From the IMG/VR virus record IMGVR_UViG_3300024252_000005: a DNA stretch of 64,000 nt; one strand, given 5' to 3'. Source of the DNA: a virus (lineage: Duplodnaviria > Caudoviricetes). The first letter of the stretch is position 1. Each line of letters starts with the position of its first letter. Of this stretch, positions 9,848 through 18,677 are shown piece after piece. The translations under genes were made by a program, and so were the position numbers. The notes under the pieces were generated by a model. That model saw nothing but the letters and a program-made list of their open reading frames with translations. It ran no database searches and had not been told where the DNA came from.

Positions 9848-11119
9848 ATGCCAACAAAATTAGTATTAGGCCTCCAACATGGAGATGAAGGTAAAGGTAG
9901 AGTTGTAGATGATATCGCAGTCGACTGGGCAGACGTTGTTGTAAGATTTCAAGGAGGAGGAAATGCAGGCCATACTGTGTATGACTCTGACGGGAATAAA
10001 CATGTAACGCATATCCTGCCCGTAGGTGTAATAATCAGCAACGAGTTAAATACACTAAAGAAATATAAGTATAACGAAGTCAAAAGACATATAACTAACG
10101 TTATAGCAAGAGGCTGTGTATTAAATGTATTTGATCTATATAATGAAATAAAAGAATTAAATATAGATATAACACCTGCTGACTTACAAATATCAGGTTA
10201 CTGTCCCTTGATAGAACCTACACATATTTTAATTGATAGACTTAAGTATCAAGGAAAACTAGGGACAACTGCAAGAGGAATAGGTCCCGCATACTCAGAC
10301 TTTTATGCAAGAGACTCTATTTTATTTAAAGACTTAATTGAAGACCCGCATAACTCTTTAAATAAAATGCAAAACAAGTTCTTTAAATTCCAAACAGATC
10401 TAGTGCAAGAGGGTCATGTACATACTCGACTTTCAAATTATTCACACAACGATCTTTTAAATGATAATTTTGCTTTCTTTAACAGCTGGACTGATAATTT
10501 CTTAGAAAAGATTGAGTTTATTAAACAGTTTGTTGTAAAAGATGAAAGTTTAATTATTGATTTTTATAATGAAGGAAAAAATATATTGCTAGAAGGAGCG
10601 CAAGGTTGCGGCTTAAATATTCATTCTAATAATTACCCAGATGTCACATCTTCAGCACCTACTGTTGGAGGAGCATTAAACTCGACTGGTTTGAATCATA
10701 ATCAAATTGATGAAGTAATTGGTGTAATTAAAGCTTATAAGACAAAAGTAGGCACAGGTACTTTTCCAAGTTTATGTGATGAACAAAGCGGCGATACTTT
10801 AGCTAAAGAAGGCAATGAATTCGGAGCAACAACTGGTCGCCCAAGAAAGTGTGGATGGCTTGATTTAGATGAAGTAAATCAGGCAATTAAAATGAACGGC
10901 GTAGATCATTTATGCCTTATAAAGACAGATGTTTTTACAAATATAGAAAAGCCTTTCGTGTATTATAAAAAGAATCTAATGCAGATAGCTAAGATTAACA
11001 CCGTTTCAATCGAAGACAAATCATTTGTAAACCTATTAGAAGCAATTAAAGATAAAACTGGCGTAAACAGAATATCTTTTACGACTGGCCCAAAGAGAGG
11101 TGAAATTGTTTGGGACTAG
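9848..11119 (+). CDS. purA: Adenylosuccinate synthetase
   Basis: GDEGKG, GGGNAGHT, GTTARGIGPAY, EGAQG, EFGATTGRPRKCGWLD. Confidence 0.97.
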   Translation: MPTKLVLGLQHGDEGKGRVVDDIAVDWADVVVRFQGGGNAGHTVYDSDGNKHVTHILPVGVIISNELNTLKKYKYNEVKRHITNVIARGCVLNVFDLYNEIKELNIDITPADLQISGYCPLIEPTHILIDRLKYQGKLGTTARGIGPAYSDFYARDSILFKDLIEDPHNSLNKMQNKFFKFQTDLVQEGHVHTRLSNYSHNDLLNDNFAFFNSWTDNFLEKIEFIKQFVVKDESLIIDFYNEGKNILLEGAQGCGLNIHSNNYPDVTSSAPTVGGALNSTGLNHNQIDEVIGVIKAYKTKVGTGTFPSLCDEQSGDTLAKEGNEFGATTGRPRKCGWLDLDEVNQAIKMNGVDHLCLIKTDVFTNIEKPFVYYKKNLMQIAKINTVSIEDKSFVNLLEAIKDKTGVNRISFTTGPKRGEIVWD

Positions 11120-11283
11120 AAATAGGCAATTTAGCTGTTATAGAAAGCTGTGATTCTATTTGGAGATTTGCTAATACATCTTTGATTTGCTTAGGATATG
11201 ATTGGAGTGATATTGCTTCTATGGTGAAGAAATCAGAAGAATAGCAATTAGAGAAAAAGCATTAGAAAGAATGAAAATAAAAA

Positions 11284-12438
11284 ATGATACCAAGATATAA
11301 AAACAAAAAAATACATGAAATCTGGTCAACAGATAATAAGCTAAAAGTATGGCTTGGCGTAGAGTTAGCACATCTTTCAGCTTTAAATAGTAATATTATA
11401 GATAAAACTATAAACCAGCGCGAATATGAAACTATTGTTGACAATATTAAAATAGACAAAGATAGATGGAAGGAAATTGAAGCAGAAACTAAGCATGATG
11501 TTCAAGCTTTTGTTCAGATGCTAGAAGAGTTAATACCAGATAATAGTGGGCGATGGATACATTATGGATTAACTTCTTCAGATGTTCTAGACACTTCACT
11601 TACTATAATGTGTAGATATTCTATAAAAGAAATATTAAGTCACTGTGCTTCTTGTATTTACTATGTTGAGCAACTATGTAATAGAAAAGAATCTGAGTCT
11701 AGTATTTTAGCAAGAACACATGGCAAAGCTGCAGAAGTTCAAACTTATAAAGACATATTTACAAGATGGAAATATATGTTGCGAAGAGCATATGATGAAC
11801 TATCAAGATCACAAACAACTGTCAACAAAGGAAAGCTATCAGGCCCATCTGGAAACTATACTACTAACTCAGTTTTGAATGAAAACGTTGCTTTAAATAT
11901 CTTGGGACTTAGATCAACAAAAGCATCACAAATTATTCCTAGAGATATTTATTTAGATTATTTTTATGGAATTCTAAAAGTCATGCTAGCTGTAGAAAAA
12001 ATATCATATGATATTAGAATGTATAGTATCGATGGAATAAACGAAATGTCAGAAAGCTTTAGCAAAGGACAAAAAGGATCAAGTTCGATGCCACATAAAA
12101 AGAATCCCATAGGAACAGAGAATTTATGTGGCATTGTTAGATTATATAAATCATATTATCAAGCAGCAATTGATAATTGCTTCACACTCTTTGAAAGAGA
12201 CATATCCAATTCAGCTCCAGAAAGGATTATCTTTAAAGACTCAGCACATATTGCATGTTATTCTTTGGAAAGGTTAGCTAGCATTCTTAATCATTTAGTT
12301 ATAAAAGACGCCAACGCTGCTAAAAATATAGAGATATTTAACGAAAATATTGCCTCACAAGAAATAATGAATATTAAAATCAAAGAAGGCAAAAGCAGAA
12401 AAGAGTCGCACGATTTTTCACAAACTATGTCTAAGTAA
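11284..12438 (+). CDS. purB: Adenylosuccinate lyase (C-terminally short)
   Basis: TKHDV, HYGLTSSDV, ARTHG and the fumarate-lyase signature GSSSMPHKKNP. Confidence 0.95.
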   Translation: MIPRYKNKKIHEIWSTDNKLKVWLGVELAHLSALNSNIIDKTINQREYETIVDNIKIDKDRWKEIEAETKHDVQAFVQMLEELIPDNSGRWIHYGLTSSDVLDTSLTIMCRYSIKEILSHCASCIYYVEQLCNRKESESSILARTHGKAAEVQTYKDIFTRWKYMLRRAYDELSRSQTTVNKGKLSGPSGNYTTNSVLNENVALNILGLRSTKASQIIPRDIYLDYFYGILKVMLAVEKISYDIRMYSIDGINEMSESFSKGQKGSSSMPHKKNPIGTENLCGIVRLYKSYYQAAIDNCFTLFERDISNSAPERIIFKDSAHIACYSLERLASILNHLVIKDANAAKNIEIFNENIASQEIMNIKIKEGKSRKESHDFSQTMSK

Positions 12439-12471
12439 TATTTATTCTATATTAACTTTTCACAGAAAGAA

Positions 12472-12942
12472 TTGAGTATGAAAGAAAGATCACTAATAAG
12501 AGAATTCCTTGAGACAATGTACAAAGAACCTGCTATAGATATAGATACAGACTATAGCCTAGATTCTGTAAGCCACGATTCAAATCATGACATTGACCCA
12601 AATAGAGATGGTATAGTTAGTAAAGAAGATTTATACACGCATTTTGATTTAGACAATGATGGTATAGTAACAACTGATGAGTATGCAAATCATGTAGGCT
12701 TTCATTGTCAATATCCAGAATCTTTGGATCATTATAATACACTAAAGTCAAAATCTCATGAAGTTGTTCCCTGTAGAACTTCTTACGACTCTTGTTCACA
12801 GCACTTTTTGGGTAATACAGATGATATAGATATATATCTTTCACCATTAATGGATGCTACAGGCTCAACATGCAAAACTTCATCTGTTCAAGGACTTTTA
12901 GATGTATTACAGTCTTTGATAAATTGTGGAATGCTTAAATAA
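12472..12942 (+). CDS. EF-hand calcium-binding protein
   Basis: Two EF loops: DPNRDGIVSKED and DLDNDGIVTTDE. Confidence 0.75.
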   Translation: MSMKERSLIREFLETMYKEPAIDIDTDYSLDSVSHDSNHDIDPNRDGIVSKEDLYTHFDLDNDGIVTTDEYANHVGFHCQYPESLDHYNTLKSKSHEVVPCRTSYDSCSQHFLGNTDDIDIYLSPLMDATGSTCKTSSVQGLLDVLQSLINCGMLK

Positions 12943-12946
12943 ATTA

Positions 12947-12976
12947 CGTGTAAAGTTTTATTAATTATTTTATAAT
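12947..12976 (+). promoter_or_regulatory. Repeated phage promoter
   Basis: CGTGTAA-N17-TATAAT. Confidence 0.8.
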
Positions 12977-12997
12977 AAATAAAAACAAGGATAAAGC

Positions 12998-13195
12998 ATG
13001 ATTAAATTAGGTGACAAAGTTTACCACTGGCAAGAGATGAATAAAGTCGGTGTTATAGTAGAAGTTGTAAGTAACAAGAACAATCAAATGACTGTTGGCG
13101 GCACAACAGATGTTAGAATATATTATAAAGTAGAATACGAAAACGGAGAAATTAAAGTATATAACTCAGGTGATATACAAAAACACTATGAATAG
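12998..13195 (+). CDS. Small hypothetical protein (SH3/KOW-like pattern)
   Basis: IKLGDKVYH...GVIVEV; lies downstream of a repeated promoter. Confidence 0.65.
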   Translation: MIKLGDKVYHWQEMNKVGVIVEVVSNKNNQMTVGGTTDVRIYYKVEYENGEIKVYNSGDIQKHYE

Positions 13196-13700
13196 CTTGA
13201 TTTTTAATGTTATTAAAGAGTTTGCTATATCATATGCATTGCAAGATGAATTTTGTATGGAAACATATAAACAACTATCTGGAGTAGAAGCCACTCTAGA
13301 AAATAGAATTGTTTGTTCTGCTGTGATAAATGCTGCTAAAAGCCATGAAATAAAACCCATTAGAGGATTAAGCGTTGCATGGGTTGAAAGTAGATTGACT
13401 AGTCAACTGGTTCCTACTAAATCTAAATGTATTGGGCCAATGCAAATAAAAACAAAGTATTGGTGTAAAGGAAAAAATGTTGATAGCTGTGAACCAGTTA
13501 CTGATGGTGTTAAAGCTTTAAGATACTATATAAAACATTTCAAGCCTATAAGAAAAGCTTATTGCTTTTATAACGATTCAAGAAAACCAGAATGCAAAAA
13601 AGACTATATGACTAAATATGTTAAAAAAGTAGTTAAGGCTTACGGAAATATTAAAAAAATAGCTATTAAAAAGAAATTTAAATCTCTTAATATTCTATGA
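13188..13700 (+). CDS. Lytic transglycosylase (SLT)-like protein
   Basis: VAWVESR (catalytic Glu), GPMQI and AYCFYN motifs; start moved to ATG 13188. Confidence 0.75.
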   Translation: MNSLIFNVIKEFAISYALQDEFCMETYKQLSGVEATLENRIVCSAVINAAKSHEIKPIRGLSVAWVESRLTSQLVPTKSKCIGPMQIKTKYWCKGKNVDSCEPVTDGVKALRYYIKHFKPIRKAYCFYNDSRKPECKKDYMTKYVKKVVKAYGNIKKIAIKKKFKSLNIL

Positions 13701-13730
13701 CGTGTATTGATGAAAAAATTAATATACAAT
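13701..13730 (+). promoter_or_regulatory. Repeated phage promoter
   Basis: CGTGTAT-N17-TACAAT. Confidence 0.7.
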
Positions 13731-13747
13731 AATATATGGAGGCATAA

Positions 13748-14218
13748 ATGGAAAAAATTAATTATGAGGATCAATATTACTTTTTAAAATGTTTTATGGA
13801 GGACAATTACAATGTGATAGTAAGACAAGAATCTTACTCGGATGATGCTTGGTATCCTTTGTTAGATCTAATAACTATTAATTCAAATTTAAAGTTTAGA
13901 GAACGGTTTTTTACATTAGTACACGAATCAGGACATGCAATAATAGATACAGATGTAAGAAAATTAAAAGGTACATGTTTCAATAAAAATTCTCCAGACT
14001 CTATAAGATCTAAAAAATCTTACGTCCATAATTTAAACGAAGAAATACTTGCTTGGAATTATGGGAAACAATTGATAAGCAACATAGGTCTAGCTTATGA
14101 TGAAGAAAAGTTTGAAGAGTACATGACAGACTGTATAATGTCTTATGTAAAATCAGGATTAGATTCTATCTATGGGAAAAACATAGATGTTAGCTCTATT
14201 AATACAAAATACGTGTAA
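13748..14218 (+). CDS. HExxH metallopeptidase-like protein (ImmA/IrrE-like)
   Basis: TLVHESGH and downstream EEILAW. Confidence 0.7.
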   Translation: MEKINYEDQYYFLKCFMEDNYNVIVRQESYSDDAWYPLLDLITINSNLKFRERFFTLVHESGHAIIDTDVRKLKGTCFNKNSPDSIRSKKSYVHNLNEEILAWNYGKQLISNIGLAYDEEKFEEYMTDCIMSYVKSGLDSIYGKNIDVSSINTKYV

Positions 14219-14241
14219 TTTGTTTTTCTTTTTGTTATAAT
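14212..14241 (+). promoter_or_regulatory. Repeated phage promoter
   Basis: CGTGTAA-N17-TATAAT. Confidence 0.8.
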
Positions 14242-14260
14242 TATTTATAAGGAGAATGCT

Positions 14261-14593
14261 ATGTCATATTCTAAAAGCGATTTAAAACAAATTAAAAAAC
14301 AATTATTAAAGAGCAATCCACAAGCACTTAAAAGAAAAATAAAAACAGCATCTAAGTCTGTAGCTAGAAAAGAAATAAAGGCTAGTTATAAGAAACCAAA
14401 AAGCGTAGTTCAATGGAATTTTGATGTCAATGATCTAATTGAATTAAAAGATAGTTCTGGTATGTCTGGAAACATAGGCTTAATTGTTTCTGACTATATT
14501 TATCATTCTAGCAGAGTAGAAAAAAATAATTTCTTCGTGTTAGTAAACAATGCTGTTAGACAGATAGAAGGTAGATATTTAAAGAAAGTATGA
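14261..14593 (+). CDS. Hypothetical protein
   Basis: ORF has its own promoter copy. Confidence 0.7.
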   Translation: MSYSKSDLKQIKKQLLKSNPQALKRKIKTASKSVARKEIKASYKKPKSVVQWNFDVNDLIELKDSSGMSGNIGLIVSDYIYHSSRVEKNNFFVLVNNAVRQIEGRYLKKV

Positions 14594-14600
14594 TATCCCA

Positions 14601-14630
14601 CGTGCAATTTTGAATTTAAAGAATTACAAT
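14601..14630 (+). promoter_or_regulatory. Repeated phage promoter
   Basis: CGTGCAA-N17-TACAAT. Confidence 0.75.
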
Positions 14631-14671
14631 ATTAATATAAAGCAAATAAAAATTTAACTGAGGCGGAATTA

Positions 14672-15421
14672 ATGAAGTTAAACATTAAAAGAGACGAAAT
14701 TGTTTTCGGTACAAATATTCTCGATATCAGAATTCCAGAAAAACTTCGAGAAAGACACCAATGTGGAATACCCTATCTAGACACAGCGTTTGGTGGTCAA
14801 GGCTTTACTCCTTCAACTATATCGCTTTTTACAGGAGAGCCTGGTGCCGGCAAAACAACTTTAATGTTAACTTTAGCTAATGCGCTTACAGCTGAAGGTC
14901 ATGTTTGCTTGTTTAATACAGCAGAAGAGAGCCTTTATCAAGTAAAACTTACTTGTGAAAGGTTAGATCTAGATGCCGGGTTTATCGCCGGTCAAGAATC
15001 ATATGTTCCAAGACTACTAAAGAACTGTGAGGTTCTAAGAAAAAGGACTAAAGGAAAGCATTTCTTTTTAATTGTAGATTCTTTACAGACGCTTAATGAT
15101 GGAAAATATGGTGAAGAAAGTACTAATAGCCATTCAGCAGTTAGATCACTTCAAATGCTGACTGATTATGCTAAAGAACATTACATAAACATTATATGTA
15201 TTGGTCAAGTAAATAAAAGTGGCTCAATGGCAGGTTCTCAAAAGCTCAAACATATGGTAGATGCTATGCTACACTTATCAATAGAGAAAAAAGATGAAGA
15301 CTTTAAAGGGCTTAGGGTTCTAGAGACTGTAAAGAATAGATTCGGAGGAGCTGGCTGGACATTCTTTCTAGATCTTAAGAAAGAAGGTTTCGAAGAAGTA
15401 GCAAGGGTTGGAGTTAAATAA
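14672..15421 (+). CDS. radA: RadA/Sms-like RecA-family ATPase (ATPase domain only)
   Basis: GEPGAGKTT, IVDSLQ and the RadA-specific KNRFG; no Zn finger or Lon-like domain. Confidence 0.88.
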   Translation: MKLNIKRDEIVFGTNILDIRIPEKLRERHQCGIPYLDTAFGGQGFTPSTISLFTGEPGAGKTTLMLTLANALTAEGHVCLFNTAEESLYQVKLTCERLDLDAGFIAGQESYVPRLLKNCEVLRKRTKGKHFFLIVDSLQTLNDGKYGEESTNSHSAVRSLQMLTDYAKEHYINIICIGQVNKSGSMAGSQKLKHMVDAMLHLSIEKKDEDFKGLRVLETVKNRFGGAGWTFFLDLKKEGFEEVARVGVK

Positions 15422-15423
15422 AT

Positions 15424-15759
15424 ATGTTGTATGCATTATGCGCTTACATGCTCGCATCTACATTAGCATTCTTTCAGCATAATCTACAGTTTATTTATCC
15501 ATGCTGTAAAGATAAAACAAGTCTAATTATTTTAACTTCAAGTATTCCCATATCATATCTATACTATTCGTCATGGACATATTTTGTAAAAATAAACAAT
15601 GGTTCAGTATGGTCTGCAAGATTCGTTTTCTTTGGTTTATCATACTTAATTTACCCTTTGCTTGTTTACATTTTCTTGGATGAATCACCTGTATCTTTAA
15701 AGACTTTTTTGTGTGTCTTGCTAAGTATGCTGATAATGTTTATTCAGTATAAGTTGTAA
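15424..15759 (+). CDS. Small membrane protein (about 4 TM)
   Basis: Four hydrophobic segments in 111 aa. Confidence 0.7.
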   Translation: MLYALCAYMLASTLAFFQHNLQFIYPCCKDKTSLIILTSSIPISYLYYSSWTYFVKINNGSVWSARFVFFGLSYLIYPLLVYIFLDESPVSLKTFLCVLLSMLIMFIQYKL

Positions 15760-15766
15760 TTCAATT

Positions 15767-15796
15767 CGTGTAACAAAAATAAATAATAATTATAAT
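15767..15796 (+). promoter_or_regulatory. Repeated phage promoter
   Basis: CGTGTAA-N17-TATAAT. Confidence 0.8.
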
Positions 15797-15845
15797 ATAA
15801 CATAAAATAAATAATTTCAACACCTTTAATCAAGGAATAAATAAA

Positions 15846-16928
15846 TTGAATATTAAAAACTTCATTGAAACAGTATCTAATCTTCCACCTCATATTGCTG
15901 TTTTAATACGAGCATCAACAGGTGTAGGTAAATCAGAAATTGTAAACAGTATTTCAAAGAAAAAGACTTTACCGCTTATTGATGTTAGAGCTTCAATTAT
16001 GTCTGAAGGTGATGTGCAAGGTTATCCCGACATTGAGGGCATGAAAACAAAAGGTGTTATGACTTTTTGCATGCCATCTTGGTTTGTTAGGGCTTGCAAT
16101 GAACCTGTTGTTTTGTTTCTTGATGAATTAAATCGTGGTTTGCCTGCTGTTCAACAATCTTTTTTCCAAATAGTACTGGATAGGCAGTTAGGCAACGATG
16201 AAAACGGCAACCCATATGATATTCACCCTGACACTTGTATATTTGCTGCTATTAACCACGGAAACGAATATGATGTTAACGAGATGGATCCAGCACTTTT
16301 GCGAAGATTCTGGACAGTTGACTTAGAACCAAATACTTCTGACTGGATTGATTGGGCAAAAGAAAACAATATTGACAATCTAATTATTGACTTTGTCAAA
16401 ACAAGGACTTCACATCTTTACACTGATCTTGGAAAAGTCAAGCCAGGACATGTTTTCCCAACACCTGCATCATGGGCTAGACTAGATGAAACTTTAAAGT
16501 TTAGAAACATTAATCTTACAAACGATAGAGATAAAATCAATCTTTACAATACTTCGTTAGGTTTTCTTGGAATTGAAACTTCTATTGAGTTCTCTGACTT
16601 TGTAAAAAAATATGAGATTGATGTAACTCCTGAAGAACTTCTTAGAAGTTATAATAAATGTAAAGAAAAGCTGAGCTCTATGTCTAATGATCGTATTAAT
16701 TCTTTAATCGAAAGGCTAGGAGAACATGGTACACAAAACAATTGGACTGTTTCTCAATCGAAAAATGCTGCTAAACTTGGGAAATCAATATCAGAAGAGA
16801 TGATGATTCACTTTTGGTCTGTAATGACTAAAGGCAAAAACATCAAGACAATCCAAAACTTTCATAAAGAAATAGGTGAATATGTTGTAGAAATTGTTAA
16901 CAACAACAGAGACTTGCTCAACAAATAG
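15846..16928 (+). CDS. MoxR-like AAA+ ATPase
   Basis: ASTGVGKS, LFLDELNRG and MDPALLRRF; TTG start. Confidence 0.88.
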   Translation: MNIKNFIETVSNLPPHIAVLIRASTGVGKSEIVNSISKKKTLPLIDVRASIMSEGDVQGYPDIEGMKTKGVMTFCMPSWFVRACNEPVVLFLDELNRGLPAVQQSFFQIVLDRQLGNDENGNPYDIHPDTCIFAAINHGNEYDVNEMDPALLRRFWTVDLEPNTSDWIDWAKENNIDNLIIDFVKTRTSHLYTDLGKVKPGHVFPTPASWARLDETLKFRNINLTNDRDKINLYNTSLGFLGIETSIEFSDFVKKYEIDVTPEELLRSYNKCKEKLSSMSNDRINSLIERLGEHGTQNNWTVSQSKNAAKLGKSISEEMMIHFWSVMTKGKNIKTIQNFHKEIGEYVVEIVNNNRDLLNK

Positions 16929-16942
16929 AGGGCTTAACAGAT

Positions 16943-18232
16943 ATGTCTAATAAAAAAGATAATAATAATAATAATCTCTATAGAAAAAAACAAATATCTG
17001 ATCTTAGATTAAAAGAATTTAGTCTTTCAAAAAATCTTGTTGATTTCCTGTGGTCAGAACCTTTTTATAGCAGAATTCTAAGATCATTAAACAAAATAGA
17101 GACAAAAGAAATTCCAACAGCTGGCGTATCAACTCAAGACGAAGAAATTACTTTATGGTGGAATAGAGAATTTTTAGCTGGATTAAACAACAAACAAATT
17201 AATGGTTTGTTAAAACATGAATGCCTACACTTAGTATTTGGTCACACTACAGAAAGAAGAAGATCACCACATTTAATCTGGAACTATGGCACAGATCTTG
17301 CAATAAACTCAACAATTCCTGAAGAAGAATTACCTGAGGGCGGTCTTATTCCTGGAAAGCATTTGAGTTTAGAAGAAGATCAGAAAAAACAGATGTCTCC
17401 AGATCAAATAGAAACTTATGAAAATATTTCTAAACTAATTGCATCTTTACCTAAAAATAAAACTGCAGAGTTTTATTTTGAAAAGCTTCTTCAAAATGAA
17501 GACATGAAAAAACTTTCTAAAGATGAAGAAATGATGGCTGGTATTGGGTTTGACTGTCATAATGGGTGGGATGAATTATCTGATGAAGAAAGAGAAAAGA
17601 TAGCTGCAAAAATAAAAGAGGTAATTAAAGATGCCGCAAGAGAAGCTGATGGTAGGGGTTGGGGATCTATTACTTCATCAACTAGATCAGAAATAATGAG
17701 ACTATTATCTAATGAAATAAAATGGGAAGCGCTTCTTAAAAGATTTTGCGGATTTACAAAAAGAGATGATAGAAGGTCTTCTATAAGAAAATTAAATAGA
17801 AAATATCCGGGAATTCATCCAGGCAGCAAAAAGCTATATAAGCCAGCTATAGCTGTATACATCGATGAAAGCGGGTCTGTATCAGACAAAGAGCTGAATG
17901 TATTTTACGGAGAATTAGACAGTTTATCTAACAGCACAGACTTCCATGTCTATAAATTTGATCATGGTGTTGATGATAAATCTAGTTTCTTGTGGAAAAA
18001 AAGAAAAAGACCAAAGCTTAACAGAACATTAACTGGTGGTACATGCTTTGAAAAAGTAACTGAGCATGCTTTGAAAAACAAGAAAAAGTTTGATGCTTAT
18101 ATGATTCTTACAGATGGAGGAGCTCCAAAGCCTTCAAGTTCTAGAGGTCTTAAGCGATGCTGGATATTAGCAAAAAACTGTAAATTAGTGTTTGATGCAG
18201 ACTCTTCTGACATTCAAATTCATATAAAATAA
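16943..18232 (+). CDS. VWA-domain putative metallopeptidase (MoxR partner)
   Basis: LKHECLH (HExxH), YIDESGSV (MIDAS), GGTCF, LTDG. Confidence 0.88.
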   Translation: MSNKKDNNNNNLYRKKQISDLRLKEFSLSKNLVDFLWSEPFYSRILRSLNKIETKEIPTAGVSTQDEEITLWWNREFLAGLNNKQINGLLKHECLHLVFGHTTERRRSPHLIWNYGTDLAINSTIPEEELPEGGLIPGKHLSLEEDQKKQMSPDQIETYENISKLIASLPKNKTAEFYFEKLLQNEDMKKLSKDEEMMAGIGFDCHNGWDELSDEEREKIAAKIKEVIKDAAREADGRGWGSITSSTRSEIMRLLSNEIKWEALLKRFCGFTKRDDRRSSIRKLNRKYPGIHPGSKKLYKPAIAVYIDESGSVSDKELNVFYGELDSLSNSTDFHVYKFDHGVDDKSSFLWKKRKRPKLNRTLTGGTCFEKVTEHALKNKKKFDAYMILTDGGAPKPSSSRGLKRCWILAKNCKLVFDADSSDIQIHIK

Positions 18233-18254
18233 ACTTATAAAAAAGGCTTAAAAC

Positions 18255-18419
18255 TTGTATAATTTTAATGGTGAAACATTTAAAGTAAAAAAAACCGATG
18301 ATAAAACTTTTAAGTTATATCATCAAGCAAATAACAAATGGTCTTCTGGCTGGACATTTATTGGTAAATTTGAAAGTGAAGAAAAAGCTAAGAGATCAGC
18401 ACGTTTATACACAAACTAA
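18255..18419 (+). CDS. Small protein (54 aa) missed by the ORF track
   Basis: TTG start after AAGG; MYNFNGETFKVKKTDDKTFKLY...SARLYTN fills the gap between neighbours. Confidence 0.55.
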   Translation: MYNFNGETFKVKKTDDKTFKLYHQANNKWSSGWTFIGKFESEEKAKRSARLYTN

Positions 18420-18428
18420 GGAAACAAA

Positions 18429-18659
18429 ATGAAGAAAGTTTACAGATATAAGATTACTATTGACAAGAACGGACTAAATGATTATGAGTCTAACTTTGTA
18501 AAATATGTTTTTGAATCATCATCACCTAAAGATGCCTTAAGAAGAGTTGATGTTGTATATGATAGAAATGAAAAGATTGGTAAAAGAATTCCGTACAGAG
18601 CTAAACAATTTTTAGAAGCTTTAGCAATATCAGCTGAGGCCGATGTTTACAATCTTTAG
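18429..18659 (+). CDS. Hypothetical protein
   Basis: ORF with RBS-like AAGGA. Confidence 0.65.
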   Translation: MKKVYRYKITIDKNGLNDYESNFVKYVFESSSPKDALRRVDVVYDRNEKIGKRIPYRAKQFLEALAISAEADVYNL

Positions 18660-18677
18660 GGATACAAAAAATAAAAC

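Noticed and set aside
9848-11119. PurZ (2-aminoadenine Z-genome) pathway
   Set aside because: The protein keeps the PurA catalytic Asp in GDEGKG and the GATTGRPR loop; PurZ has Ser at that position, and no dATPase or MazZ-like partner is adjacent
11111-11245. Possible 44-aa TTG-start ORF between purA and purB
   Set aside because: No clear RBS and no recognisable motif; cannot be supported from sequence alone
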